A stretch of 64,000 nucleotides of DNA, from the NCBI GenBank assembly GCA_043228905.1, contig JBHGNT010000012.1:3534001-3598000 (forward strand). The letters are read 5' to 3'. Position 1 is the first letter of the stretch. Each line of letters starts with the position of its first letter. A model generated the notes under the pieces. The model was not told where the DNA came from. It saw only the letters and a list, made by a program, of their open reading frames with translations, and made no database searches. Of this stretch, positions 50,963 through 64,000 are shown piece by piece. The position numbers and the translations under genes are program-made. The stretch comes from Azolla caroliniana. Its lineage: Eukaryota; Plantae; Polypodiophyta.

Positions 50963-53563
50963 TGGTCATGCCCATAACAGCTTACATATCGCAGTATCCG
51001 TTGCGCGCACTGAAGGTGCTCCACGGTCGGCTTCTGCATGAACTGACTTATCATTCCGACCGGATAGCTGATGTCGGGTCGTGTGATTGTCAAGTAAATA
51101 AGGCTTCCGAAAATTTGTCAGAATTGTTTCTCGTTGCAGGCCGGTCCGGAGTTGGGACGAAGCTTCTGGTTCTGGTCCAAGGGTGTGGAGACAGGTTGGC
51201 ATTCTGTCGTGCCGAACTTGTACAGCATATTCAAGACGTAATGTCGTTGTGAGAGCAATATGTCGTCGAGGGTTCAGATCACCTCGATCCCAAGAAAATA
51301 ATGAAGGTTCCCCAGGTCCTTCATCTCAAATGTGTCCGACAATTGGGACTTGACGCGGTTGACTTCTGGAAGACCCGGTCCGGTGATGACTAAATCATCA
51401 ACATACAACAAGATACATACCGGACCGGCTAAGCCTTGCCGGATGAACAACGAAGAGTCGGACTTGGAGGCCGCAAACCCCATCTTATGCAACTGGTGCG
51501 TGATCTTCGCTTTCCAAACTCGAGGGGCTTGCTTCAGGCCGTACAACGACTTCTTCAACCGGCATACCGCTGACTTGGTCATCTCCGATTGAAAACCGGG
51601 GGGCGGAGTCATAAAGACTTCTTCTTCAAGATCACCCTGAAGAAACGCATTCTTCACATCCATCTGGTGAAGATGCCACCCTCTTGCTGCAGCAACCGCC
51701 AGCACCACACGAACCGTCGTCATCTTAACTACCGGAGCGAAGGTCTCGTCGTAGTCGATTTCGTGGGTTTGCCCGTATCCCTTCGCCACTAATTGGGCCT
51801 TGTACCGGTTAACTGAACCGTCGGCGTTGTACTTTACCTTGTACACCCACTTGCATCCGATCGGTTTACAATGACGGGGAGGGTCAACTAGGTCCCATAT
51901 CTCGTTGACATCAAGTGCCCGCATTTCTTCCTCCATAGCGGCACGCCAATTTGCGTCCTTTGCCGCTTCTGCGTAGCTCTCCGGCTCACGCACTTCCGCC
52001 ACCTTAGTCATGTACGCATAGTGATGCGCCATGTACTCATTGTACCCGTACCGCGTGACGGGATCCTTCTGGCGGGTGGACCGGCATAACTCACCGTTAC
52101 CCAGTTTGAGGCCCTTCTTGGCCGGTTCGGTCTTCGTTGCCGAAGATCCACCTTTCTCCTTGCTGGAGTCGAATGCACACCGATCCGACTCATCGTTGCC
52201 GGTTTCGAATTCCGGCATCTTTTTCTTCCCTTTCTCTTTGCACATGAACTATCTCCTCGGTTCCTTGCGCGGGGAGAGCACGGCAGAGTCTCCACTACTC
52301 GTCAGTTCCTCATCGGACTAGTCAGATTGACTCAGTCTCTCGTTCGGCCCGCTCAACCGAAACGATTCCGGACTCTCATCCTGAGTCCACGCTTCATCAT
52401 CATTTACTTGGGCAGGTTCAAGCTCACTAGCCTCATCCTCCGGCATCGGGTCGGATTCGGAAGTCGGAGCCGGTAAGGAGTACCACGACGTCGATTCATC
52501 GAACTCGACATCTTGACTAACTCGGACCTGCTTTGTCCGGGGGTTATAACACTTATATAACCCTTTTGCTCTTGAGCATAGCCGACTAGGATGCATTTTT
52601 CCGATTTTGCATCCAGCTTCCTCTGCTTCTCCTCCGATACATGCACATATGCAATGCTACCGAAGATCTTAAGGTGTCTCAAATTCAGCTTGCGCCCGAA
52701 ATACAGCTCGTGGGCTAACACCTTGTCACCGATTCGGTTCTGGATGTAGACAGCCATTCGGACTGCCTCCGCCCAGTAGAATTTGGGCATGCTCTTCTCC
52801 TCCAACATTACCCTTGCCGCATCAATAAGCGACCGGTTCTTCCTTTCGGCAACACTGTTTTGTTGTGGTGTGTATCTACAGCTGAACTCTCGCGGAATTC
52901 CTTTTTGCTGCAAATAACTGTTGAATTGGCCAGAAAAGTATTCTTTTCCGCCATCCGACCGCAGGCATTTTATCTTCCTCTCCGATTCCCGTTCCACCAT
53001 GCTTTGGAGACTCCGAAAACACTCGAAACTTCACTCTTCCGCTCAATGAGGTGGATCCATGTGTGCCGCGTATAGTCGTCGATGAAGGAGACGAAATATC
53101 GACTCCTGCCAAGACTAACATTCTGTGCCAATCCCCACACATCCAAATGGATAAGGTCGAGTTTGTTACGGCTCCGGTTACATTCGGTAGGGAATGGAAG
53201 CCGGTGTTGCTTCCCGAGTTGGCACGCTTCACATCCTTGGGCCTTCCGGCCGCTGAACTTTGGCAAACCGAAAACAACTTGTTTCGCTTGCATGTCTTGA
53301 AGCCTCCGGTAATTGACGTGGCCTATCCACTTGTGCCACAGGTCGATGTCCGATTCGACCTTCTGTCCTTTTGCAAACAGAGCGGTGTCGACGTCATTGG
53401 TGTCGAGGATAAACATCCTCTCGTCTCTGCGCCCTTGCACAATAATGTGGCCCTCTTCCTCGATGAAGTACCCGAGGTGCGTAAACCACACCTGCATCCC
53501 TTGGTCGACGATCTATCCGACCGACACCATGTTCTTCGTGATTGTCGGAACGTGTAATACGTT
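50963..53563 (-). pseudogene. Copia-H INT-RT portion
   Basis: LWHKWIGH, LRSDGGKEYF, YKAQLVAKGY and YVDDL on the minus strand. Confidence 0.92.
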
Positions 53564-55565
53564 TTGCTCTCTCTGTCTCTCCCGTGTACTCTGGTATTCT
53601 CTGTTTTCTAACGCTTCCGCAAGTAATCGTTTACATGGTATCAGAGCGCGAGGGTTGAGAACCTCTGCAGCCGACAAACGCTTGAAAGCAAACCCTAATA
53701 GGTCGTAAGAACAGCAGACAGAGAAGTGATGGATAGAGGAATGGCTAGCTCGCTCCCTGTGGAGAAACTTGACAGATCCAACTATGCATCTTGGTCGTAC
53801 AAGATGCACCAGTACCTGCTTGGGCATGGCTACTGGAGTTTCGTCGAAGGAGCCAACGAAACAGCACCTGATGTGGCACATAAGGATTTCCTAGTGTGGG
53901 AACAACTGGCAAGCAGAGTGATGTACTACTTCGTGTCCAGTGTCGAAGACCAACTGCTGAGCCACATCCGAGACGCCAAGACGCCGAAGGAGGCTTGGGG
54001 AAACCTGAAGAAGGTTTTCACCACGAGCACTACAGCCCGGAAGCTGCAACTCCGACAGGAGTTGAGAAATGTCCGACAGAAAGACATGTCGGTGGTGGAT
54101 TACACGGCCCGGATCAAAGAGATATGTGACTCACTTGCCTCTATCAACGTTACCGTAGACGAAGACAAGATGGTACAGGTCTGTCTTGGGGGCCTGGTGT
54201 CTAAGTTCAAAGCGTTCCAAATGGCAGTGTGTACAAGGGAGAATATGCCATCATTTTTCAACTTACAATCGATGCTCCTTGTATAGGAGAACCATGTGGG
54301 TGCGTCAACTAGCGCACCCATTGACAGCCGGATGCCGTACACGGAAGCAGATCGGTCCCGTGGGTGTGGTGGACGAGGCGGGTCGGCACGCAATGGAGGC
54401 AACCGGCAAGACCAGGAAAAAAGGCACAGAGAACGTGCCGATAGCAGTTCCGGACCCTCCGGGAGCAAGGGGAGTCATGGCGGCACCAGAATACGGCAAG
54501 AGAAGACTGCAACAGAATGCTGGTATTGTGGCAAAAAGGGCCACAGAGAAAGCGAGTGCTGGAGAAAACGTGTCGATTCAGACAAATCCGGATCCGGCAA
54601 GGCTGGCAAGGATGGCCGGCAAAGCTCGCACTACGCGAAGGGATCAGGAGGATCCAAGAACGGTAACGGGCCAGCCTTGGTGATGAAGCACGAGGCGAAC
54701 TCGATGAAGAAGACCACTTCCAAATCGGAGGAAGTGTGGTATGTTGATTCCGGTGCGTCGAACCAAGTGTGGTATGTTGATTCTGGTGCGTCGAACCACA
54801 TGACGAGCCACAAAGAGTGGTTCTCCTTTTTGGAGAAACCAGATCAACCAGGAGTAATCGAAACCGGAGACGACACTCCTCACCCAATCATGCACGTCGG
54901 AGAAGTCCCTTTGAGCCACGTCGGACAGAAGGGGAAGCTGATGAACGTATTACACGTTCTGACAATCATGAAGAACCTGGTGTCGGTCGGACATATCGTC
55001 GACCAAGGGATGCAGGTGCGGTTTACGCATCTCGAGTGCTTCATCAAGGAAGAGGGCCAGATTATTGCGCAAGGGCGCAGAGTCGGGAGGATGTTTATCC
55101 TCGACACCAATGACGTCGGCACCGCTCTGTTTGCAAAAGGACAGAAGGTCGAATCGGACATCGACCTGTGGCACAAGTGGTTAGGCCACGTCAATTACCG
55201 GAGGCTTCAAGACTTGTAAACGAAACAAGTTGTTTTCGGTTTGCCGAAGTTCAACGGCCGGAAGGCCCAAGGATGTGAAGCCTGCCAACTCGGGAAGCAA
55301 CACCGGCTTCCATTCCCTACCGAACGTAACCGGAGCCATAACAAGCTCGACCTTATCCATTTGGATGTGTGGGGACCGGCACAGAATGTTAGTCTTGGCG
55401 GGAGTCAATATTTCGTCTCCTTCATCGACGACTATACGCGGCACACATGGATCTACATCATTGAGCGGAAGAGTGAAGTCTTCGAGTGTTTCCGGAGTCT
55501 CCAAAACATGGTGGAACGGGAATCGGAGAGGAAGATCAAATGCCTGCGGTCGGATAGCGGAAAAG
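53564..55565 (+). pseudogene. Copia-H 5' portion in opposite orientation: LTR end, iMet PBS (53636-53647), gag, PR and INT start
   Basis: ...TTTACA TGGTATCAGAGC; LDRSNYASWSYKM, CWYCGKKGHRESEC and WYVDSGASNH. Confidence 0.92.
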
Positions 55566-58500
55566 GCAAGCTCAACTAGGCCGAGAGGATTTTTAGAAAG
55601 GACTATCAAGGTGTGGGGTCGCGGTAGTCCAGATGACTGGAGGAACCCCCACACCGCCAATGGAGGGTGTACCATAACTGACATCAATGGCCGGGAGAAG
55701 AATCGGGTCGAAGGACACTTGAAGGCCTACGGCGCCCTAGGCTCCGATGACCAGATCAATGGCACCGTGGAGGCGGTCTCATTTGACGACACTCTTGGGG
55801 AGATCGAGAGGTTGGCCAAAGAGGAACTACGCGAAGACGGGATAATTCCGATCAGATCGGTCGAAATGTACAAAGTCATCACAGACTTCGAAATGATGGT
55901 TGGGTCGGATCGAACGACCCTGGTATGCACGAAATACAAGACTGTGGACTGGAAGGTAAAGCCAGTCGCGGCTCCCTTGCCGGTGGACAACTATGAGCGG
56001 ATGAAAGGGGTCACGGCCGACCCAAGTTTACGAAATCCGACCGGCATAGGACACCGACGAGACGCTACGGGAGCTCAAGATAAGTGAGGGTGGCTTCCTA
56101 CTGCCCGCAGAGGAAGACCTGTTTCAGAGGATGCTTGGAAGGCACAGGAAAGCCTTCACACTCTTGTCGGGGGAGATTAGGTGCGTCGACCCGACGATCG
56201 TGGAGCCAATGGTGATCTTCACGATACCACACGTATCGTGGAATCTCAAGCCGGTTCCGGTGCCGAGAGCTCACATACCGAAGTTGACAAAGCTGCTCAA
56301 ACAGAAGATCGAGATGGGGATCCTCGAGTCGTCGAGCGCCCCATACTCGAATCGGTGGTTTATGGTGCTGAAGAAGAACGGCACTCTGCACTTCATTCAA
56401 GAATTGCAGCCGGTCAACAAGGTGACCATTTGAACCGCAAGGATCATGCTGACAATTGACGAGTTTGCAGAGGCCTTCGCCGGAAGATCTATCTACTCGG
56501 TCAGTGATTTGTATTCGGGGTATGACCAATTCCAACTAGTCGTAGAGAGTAGGGACATCACGACGATGTGAACCCCTCTCGGCCTAGTTCGGATGTGCAC
56601 CCTGCCGCAAGGAGGGACCAACTCGGTGGCGCACATGGGGCGCACATGGTGAACGCAATGAACAAGGTTTTGAGGACTGCATCCCTGACATCACCATGTC
56701 GTTTCTGGATGACATCCCAATAAAGGGGTGTCCAGAGGACACGAAGGACGAGTCGATCGGAGTGGACGGACGCCAAAGGTTTGCCGCGGACCACATCTCC
56801 GACTGCGAGAATATACTACAAAGGCTTGAGGGCGCTCGGCTTACCTTCTCCAGGGAGAAGTCGGCTTTCAAACAATTGGAGATCCTGGTGGTCAGGCACC
56901 TATGCGGACCATACGGCCAGAAATCGTCTCTGATGAAGGTAGAGGCCATCTCGGCAATGAAGGAAGAGTATAGGTCGGTCACGGAAGTCCGACGATTCCT
57001 GGGAGCGTTCACCTTCTACCACATTTGGATCCCACACTACGCGCACCTTGCCGACGCACTCTACGGGTTGCTAAAGAAGGGTCGGAAGTTAGAATGGGGC
57101 GCAAAGCACACTGAGGCGGTCCGGAAACTGAAGGAGAGGTTGACGGCAACACCGTCTCTCCGGAAGGTGGTATACAAGGCAGACACTGCAGTTTACGTAA
57201 CGATGGATACGAGTCCGACCAGAATCGGGTGGGTGGTTAGTCAGGCTGGCGAGGATGGCACATTATTCCCCATCCGGTTTGGTGCGAAGGTATTGATCGA
57301 GCAGCCGCGAGGATACGCCCAGGTTAAATGCAAACTCTAGGGTATCGTTTTGGCGGTTAAGGCCGATAAGGACTATCTGATCGGGGCACAAGTAATCATC
57401 GAGACGGACTGTCTGCCAATTCTCGACATGGTGTCTGGATGCGTGACTCTCGACCTAGTGATGCTCAGGTGGATCGCGTACGTAAAGTCCCTGAATCCGG
57501 AGATACGACACATCGCGGGAAAGGACAACGCCATGGCCGATATGCTTTCGAGAGCGCGGGTCGACAACAAGGTTGGCATGAAGAAGTTGGCGAGGAAACA
57601 CTAATAATGTAGATATTATTTTATATCTTGGTACGAAAAGATGGATGTCTTCAAGAGCTTTTGAATGTATTTTACTACATGTGAAATGTACAACTTAGTG
57701 TCAAGTTATGTGAGTGTGAAGTTTGAGAAGAAGAAGAGAAAAACAAAATTGTGAGATAACCCACATAGATAAGACAAATCGGGATCCCACATTATATAAG
57801 CAAAGCAAGAACTTATAAATTTTTGTCTATGAGTGGAGCACAGAATGTTCTTGGGCTAAATTGTGCCAAAAATGTATTTTCTATCATTATACTTTTACAT
57901 GTAAATTCTCATATTAGAGCTTGATTGAGTGGCATGGTTATCATGCATCACATGTAATGCATGAGCACCAAATGGCAAACATGCATCACATGCATTCCAT
58001 GCATTGTATGCATGTCTTGTAGCCTCACATGCATCATATGCATGGGGGCGTCTATAAAAGAGGGGTTGAAAAAGACAAAAGGGGAGTTACGTATTAATCA
58101 AGAAATTAAGAGGAAGAAAATTCGTTATTCCATTTTTGTGATGTATTAATCTTGTATCTCAATCTAAAGTCAAGCATTCTATCTTATCTCAAGCTCTCTC
58201 TCTCTTTCAATCTATCTTAAATACTTTCTCGCTAAAGCTTGTGCAAACTTTGAATCCTTCCGGTCCAGAACCCCAGCGGTTCCGCCTCACGATCCGCACG
58301 TAGTGATGGATCTTCACGACAGCGACATGGACGAAAGACGAAGTGAGCCGGATCCAGAAGAAGGCTTACTCTGGTTCTTTCTACGAAACAGTAAGATATG
58401 GAAGCACCCGAAGAGACGGACCGACACACCACTCCAAGTGGTGGTAAGGAAGGAAGAGAAATCGATACTCATTTCGGAGTTCCATGAGAGCCCCAAGTCC

Positions 58501-59126
58501 GGACACTGGGGCGCATGGGCCACGTTCGAGAAACTAAAGGAGAAGTATTGGTGGTCGGGGATGTATTGGGACGTGCTTGATTTCGTAACGACATGCGAGA
58601 GTTGCCAAGTGCATTCTGAAGTCCGTCACCGAGATGAGTCCATTCACTTCAAGTGGATGGTCGATTTAGTGACGATGTTGATGGGGGTAGGACAGATGCA
58701 ATACTTGTTTCTTGCGAGGGAAGACCTGACAAACCAGGTGGAAGGTCGAGCATTGACGAACAAGACGACTGCATCCGTATGCAGATTCCTGATCGAGGAT
58801 GTAATTTGCCAGTATGTGTGTGTGGGTAAGATCATGGCCGACCGAGGGGAGCTGGATGCGCAGGAAGTTGAGGAGTTGTTCGACCAGTTAGGTGTAAAGC
58901 TTTCCCTCACCACGACATACAATCCGGAGGCGAATGAAAGTTGAGCGCGGACATGGGCCGATCGTGAAAGCATCAGTGCGAGCGTGTGACGGACGAGTCG
59001 AGAACTGGCCGAGACTACTTCCTTATGCGCTTTGGGCCGACCAAACTATGCACAGCTCGATGACCAGATACATGCCGACCGAGCTTATGTTTGGACAAAA
59101 ACCGATCATGCCGGTGGAAAGGAACG
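55566..59126 (+). pseudogene. Gypsy-F RT, RNase H and integrase
   Basis: PYSNRWFMVLKKNGTLHFIQELQPVNKVT, FLDDIPIKG, MDTSPTRIGW, ETDCLPI, H..GHWG..CESCQ, ADRGEL and YNPEAN. Confidence 0.9.
57588..58321. mobile_element. AT-rich solo-LTR-like insertion between Gypsy-F RNase H and integrase
   Basis: Ends TCTTCACGACA, the reverse complement of TGTCGTGAAGA. Contains TATAAAAG. Its subterminal CCAGAACCCCAGCGGTTC resembles 31651-31668. The left end and TSD are unclear. Confidence 0.6.
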
Positions 59127-59751
<625 letters not shown>

Positions 59752-60517
59752 ACATATAACAATAGATCAAAAATGTGAGAAAAAAAAATATTGGATGTGA
59801 TAAAAGGTAGAGCATTATAGTAGAACATGATATTTCAAACTTTTGAACTCATTTAGGGCAAAGCATGTATTATTGACACGTCTCTTTGTCTTTGCCTAAA
59901 CGTCTCACCTCACATTGAAGACAATGTAAGCTAAGTCATTTGAATGAAACTACATGGATGCTAAACAAAGGGATGGGCTCGAATAGGTAAGAGTGAATCG
60001 ATTTTCTATGTTCTGGGAAGAAGATGGTATTGTATCTCTATGCGACATGCACAATATAATATGCGAAATTTGAGCTTCCGCATCTCTTCCAAGTAGTGAT
60101 ATATTGGCATTCTTAAGGTAGAGAGAGAGGAAGATTATTTACTTAATCTTCAACTTTTAGATGAGAACACCTCTAAAATCTGGACTCTCGACTTTTGGGT
60201 TCTTGAATTTAACCTCCCTAACTCGAGATTGATGACCCAAATTCTCATTAGATGGGAGTCTATGAATGAAGACACAATGACACCCCTCCACAACATTACC
60301 ACAAAATCACATAGTTTTACCAATGAGCCAATAGAGTATAATTTCACAATGCACTTTAATGTATCGGTACAATATTCAAGTCTAGTTCCTAGGGTGGCAA
60401 GTTTCAATCCTCTTTGTTATGATGATGTTTGGACTTGTATTCCACAAATTTTGGCATGTACGTAGTATATATCAACTAAAAGAGTGATTGACCCCATTTT
60501 AAATGATCACTCAATTT

Positions 60518-60722
60518 TTTTTATTTTTTTTTATTTTTTTTTCCAAAAAAAAAACTCCTTCCATTAGTTATAAAATTTTGCAAATGAGATGATTATGTAC
60601 AAATCCTTGAAGGGACGCGATAGTTCCATCTTATGTGGATGCCCCTTGACTCAAGAAAGGGAGAGGACGACCATTGTTGGATGAAGGTTATTCATTGTCT
60701 TTCAACTCCCTCGGAGCCGCCC
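60518..60722 (-). mobile_element. 205-bp 5'-truncated LINE with polyA tail
   Basis: 19-bp TSD TTAAATGATCACTCAATTT at 60499-60517 and 60723-60741. Encodes TFIQQWSSSPFL...RWNYRVP*, similar to the other LINE C-termini. Confidence 0.8.
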
Positions 60723-62811
60723 TTAAATGATCACTCAATTTAAGCTAGGTACATGTAGACTTGTATGCATATATAATGTCGTCTTTTAAAGAATTAAGGT
60801 TGTTACGATATCCTATAAATTACATCATAAGAATTTGACCGTTTATATTTGAATTGCTCGCTCGTGTAAAAGTGTAACTCCCGAGATCTTTTTAGGATCA
60901 TAGAATTACTCACAAGGAATGTGGCATTTAAACCATATAGAGCATATACAAGATTTGCGTGGATTTTGGGGTAATGTAGAGGATACACCTCATATAAGGG
61001 GTAAGTAACATCAACACTCCTCCTTGTAGCTTTAGGTATATCACAATATACCCTTGGTACAAAAAGCAAAAGTAGTAACTCAAGTTTTGAAATTGCCTTT
61101 GGTCGTAAAGTTCAAAGGGTATGGTTGATATTATCACATCAATTTATCATGTCCAGCTCTTAGTCATTGGGGTACTTTTGCAATATATTACTGAATGTAA
61201 AATCATTTATTTACTAGCACAATTACCTTCATGGTGTAGTAATTAACACAAGATGCTTGAAGATCCATACGTTTCCCGTGGTAATTTCAGATGAAAAAAA
61301 ATTCATTATAAACCAATATTACATCTTATGCATTTAGAGAGACATCTTTGGAAAAAGTGTATGCTTTTTTCAATCTGAGTGAATCATGGCATTTCCTTGG
61401 CTGCATATGTACGTGAACAAAAATAAATATCATAATTGACGAGTAAATTGAAAGATATTAAGTGTGAGCACATGCAATGGAATAAACTATTATTTGATTG
61501 TACAAAAATCGTAGCAATTAAAGTTAAAAGTAGCTCGCTTGAAAAAGGGTTTTCAAATGAAACCAAAAAAGACGTGAAATTCTTATGAGTGAAATAGGTT
61601 TTGTGTACGAGACTAAACGAGCATCACACAAATTCAAAGTTATCTCCCATTGGTCCCTAATTAAGGGTATGTCTCTTTGGCCTTCATATAATATGCTACT
61701 CTCGAATTTTCTCTGAACGGCTAATCTTATAAAGGGCACTGTTGAGTTTTGAAATTCAATCTGATGGATGACAATCTTGTTGGATGTGAACAAACCTTCT
61801 TTATGTTAGCATTACTCTTAGGAGTCGTTTGTCCATCCATATATTTTACTTTATACCAGAACTCCGCCAATATTTTTCAAGGCAAAGCAACATTCTATAA
61901 ATGTCTATCTGTTATGCGAATACGACACCTAAATTAGTTGCATGATGATTTGACTGTAAAGAGGCAGACTTATATTTATGTTGTAGCAAGAATCCAAGCC
62001 CCAAGTGTAGCCTTTAAAGTTTGGTGGATGTCACCTAATGTTATTATTATAATTTATCAATGTGCTTCAAATATAGCTATTCTCGTGCCCTTAAAGGAAC
62101 TCATGCCTCGATGTTATTGTTCAAAAATTAAGCATAGTGGATGCGACCTATCAACACTCTAATGAATACAATTTGAAACTTTAAGGGTAGTTGGGGGGCT
62201 GAACTTATCGTTTTGTAAAAGGTCCTCTATAATAGTCGGGTTCAAGGTCCCATTGGCACTCAATAACGATTGTGTAGGGTTTGGGATTGGCAACATTGTG
62301 CCTAACATATGAAAGGAATTGAAAGTCTCAATCACTTAAGCTTGACTGTTATGTCACACCATAAATTGAGTCTTGTTGAATTGTCATATGCATAAATGTT
62401 CACAAAATTGCAAATCACTATCCTACTACATCACAAAATCATGCATGAAATTGATGGCATGGTTGACATACAATAAGACTTTATCTAGACAACAAACACA
62501 ACAAGAATCGTCACATGCCTTGGTGTTCTTAGTTTGGTCGCTATTATGAAAGAGCGAGAGAGGGGGTCTATTTTCTCTCAAGCTAATGGACATTCATGGA
62601 CCACTTGTGGTTTCAAAAACCAATGAATGCAACACAAGTTACGTGCGCGAATACAACAACAACAATATCACGTAGGGCCTAAATAGAGGCAAGGGACTTA
62701 AAGGTCTCAAACACGTAACCTCGATCGTTATGTCACGCAATAATTTGACGCCATAAATGTTCACAAACATGCAAAACCCTATTGAACAGCCACGCAGTTG
62801 TGCATGAAAGC

Positions 62812-63245
62812 AAGGGCATCGTCGATATACAACAAGACACACTCTAGGGCATTGTTGGCATACAATAAGACACCATCTAGGGCGTTATTGCATACAAAAA
62901 GACACCATCTAGGGCATTGTTGGCATACAGTAAGACACCATCTAGGGCATTGTCGGCATACAATAAGACACCATCTAGGGCGTCGTTGGCATACAAGAAG
63001 ACACCATCTAGGGCATTGTTGGCATACAAGAAGACACCATCTAGGGCGTCGTTGGCATACAAGAAGACACCATCTAGGGCATTGTTGGCATACAAGAAGA
63101 CACCATCTAGGGCGTCGTTGGCATACAATAAGACACCATCTAGGGCGTTGTTGGCATACAATAAGAGACCATCTAGGGCGTTGTTGACATACAATAAGAC
63201 ACCATCTAGGGCATTGTTGGCATACAATAACACACCATCCGGGCA
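62812..63245. repeat. 33-bp minisatellite, about 13 copies
   Basis: Unit GGCATACAA(T/G)AAGACACCATCTAGGGC(A/G)T(T/C)GTT, head-to-tail, no spacers. Confidence 0.95.
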
Positions 63246-63408
63246 ACAAACGCAATAAGAACGTCTATGCATGGCCCGATGTTCAAGGGGGGGGGGGGGG
63301 GGGGGAGCGAGACACGACCGAGTCGATTTCAATGGTCAGGCGCACGTGCCCAAATGTGGAGACGATGATTGGCCAGGTCTGGTAGGAGAAACGCAGAGCA
63401 AGAGCCAT

Positions 63409-63721
63409 CATCTGTCAACATCATCACATCATCATCATCACATCATCATCATCATCATCATGAGCATGATCATCATCGTGTGAGAGGAGAGGTCCGAGGT
63501 TCGATTCCTGACATTGCCTCTCTTTTTTTTTCATCCCCCAAACAAACCCAAAAAACAAATCAATGAATCAAACCAGTCAAATTTGCTTGCAGTAGTAGTA
63601 ACTGCTCTTCCCTAAACAGATCTCCTCCTGCTCCTCTGCATTCAATGATGCTGTTGGGAAGGTAATCAAGCAGATACAGTTAGGGAGGAGAAGGCTTTGA
63701 AGGCGACAGAGAGAGAGAGAG

Positions 63722-63751
<30 letters not shown>
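63409..63751. repeat. (CAT)n and (GA)n/(GATA)n microsatellites in a possibly gene-proximal region
   Basis: Seen directly at 63419-63477 and 63707-63752. Confidence 0.7.
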
Positions 63752-63754
<3 letters not shown>

Positions 63755-64000
63755 TCTTTCTCTGTTCCTTCCTGAAGCTGAAAGGAAGATGAGAAAGAAA
63801 GATGATGGAAGTAAATTACTATCCTCTTCTTATCCTCCACATTGGCTGCTACCCTCCTCTGTTTCTCTCCCAAAGCTCTCCAGGGCTATTACAAAAAGGA
63901 GCTCTAGAGCTACAGATAGGAGCCTTGCCTTAGGGTTCCTGTTTCTGGTAAGATCAGGGCTGTTCCTTCTAGGATTGGGGTGGTATTTAGAAGGCTTAGG

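Noticed and set aside
10023-59000. Many antisense or alternative-frame ORFs over pol regions
   Set aside because: They are shadows of GC-rich retroelement coding sequence with no recognisable motifs.
59752-62800. Short ORFs in the AT-rich interval
   Set aside because: No domains, coding bias or consistent exon structure is visible.
62812-63245. CRISPR array or repeat protein gene
   Set aside because: Units are head-to-tail without spacers, there are no cas genes, and the open frames follow from a stop-poor unit whose length is divisible by 3.
63598-63885. miR408- or miR477-like sequences
   Set aside because: Only partial matches with gaps in CT-rich sequence, and no convincing precursor duplex by eye.

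Overview
Eukaryotic, almost certainly land-plant, heterochromatin-like window. A bryophyte-like source is inferred from the TE lineages and is not proven. About 80% of the window is nested, decayed retrotransposons, and no intact host gene is recognisable. Nest 1: a full-length L1-type LINE (6201-29607, 14-bp TSD) is split inside its RT by a tRNA-Arg-primed Gypsy element (9667-27243, TSD CTTTC). That Gypsy carries an extra post-pol ORF and itself hosts a pol-less tRNA-Trp-primed element and a young Copia (18922-24490). Nest 2: a tRNA-Trp-primed, fungal-like Gypsy (37858-59751) contains two Copias, a chromovirus-like Gypsy, two solo LTRs and two inversions. Two further Copias, three LINE fragments and a 33-bp minisatellite lie outside the nests. 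Four observations stand out. (i) A ~190-bp element built from two convergent tRNA-like heads occurs twice, next to (GA)n. (ii) The chromovirus leader holds an array of hairpin repeats separated by variable spacers. (iii) The TGTCGT-ended LTR group appears to insert at CpG-centred 4-bp sites. (iv) A 136-bp Helitron-like insert carries a tRNA-like T-arm. All calls come from reading the sequence by eye; no database searches were run.
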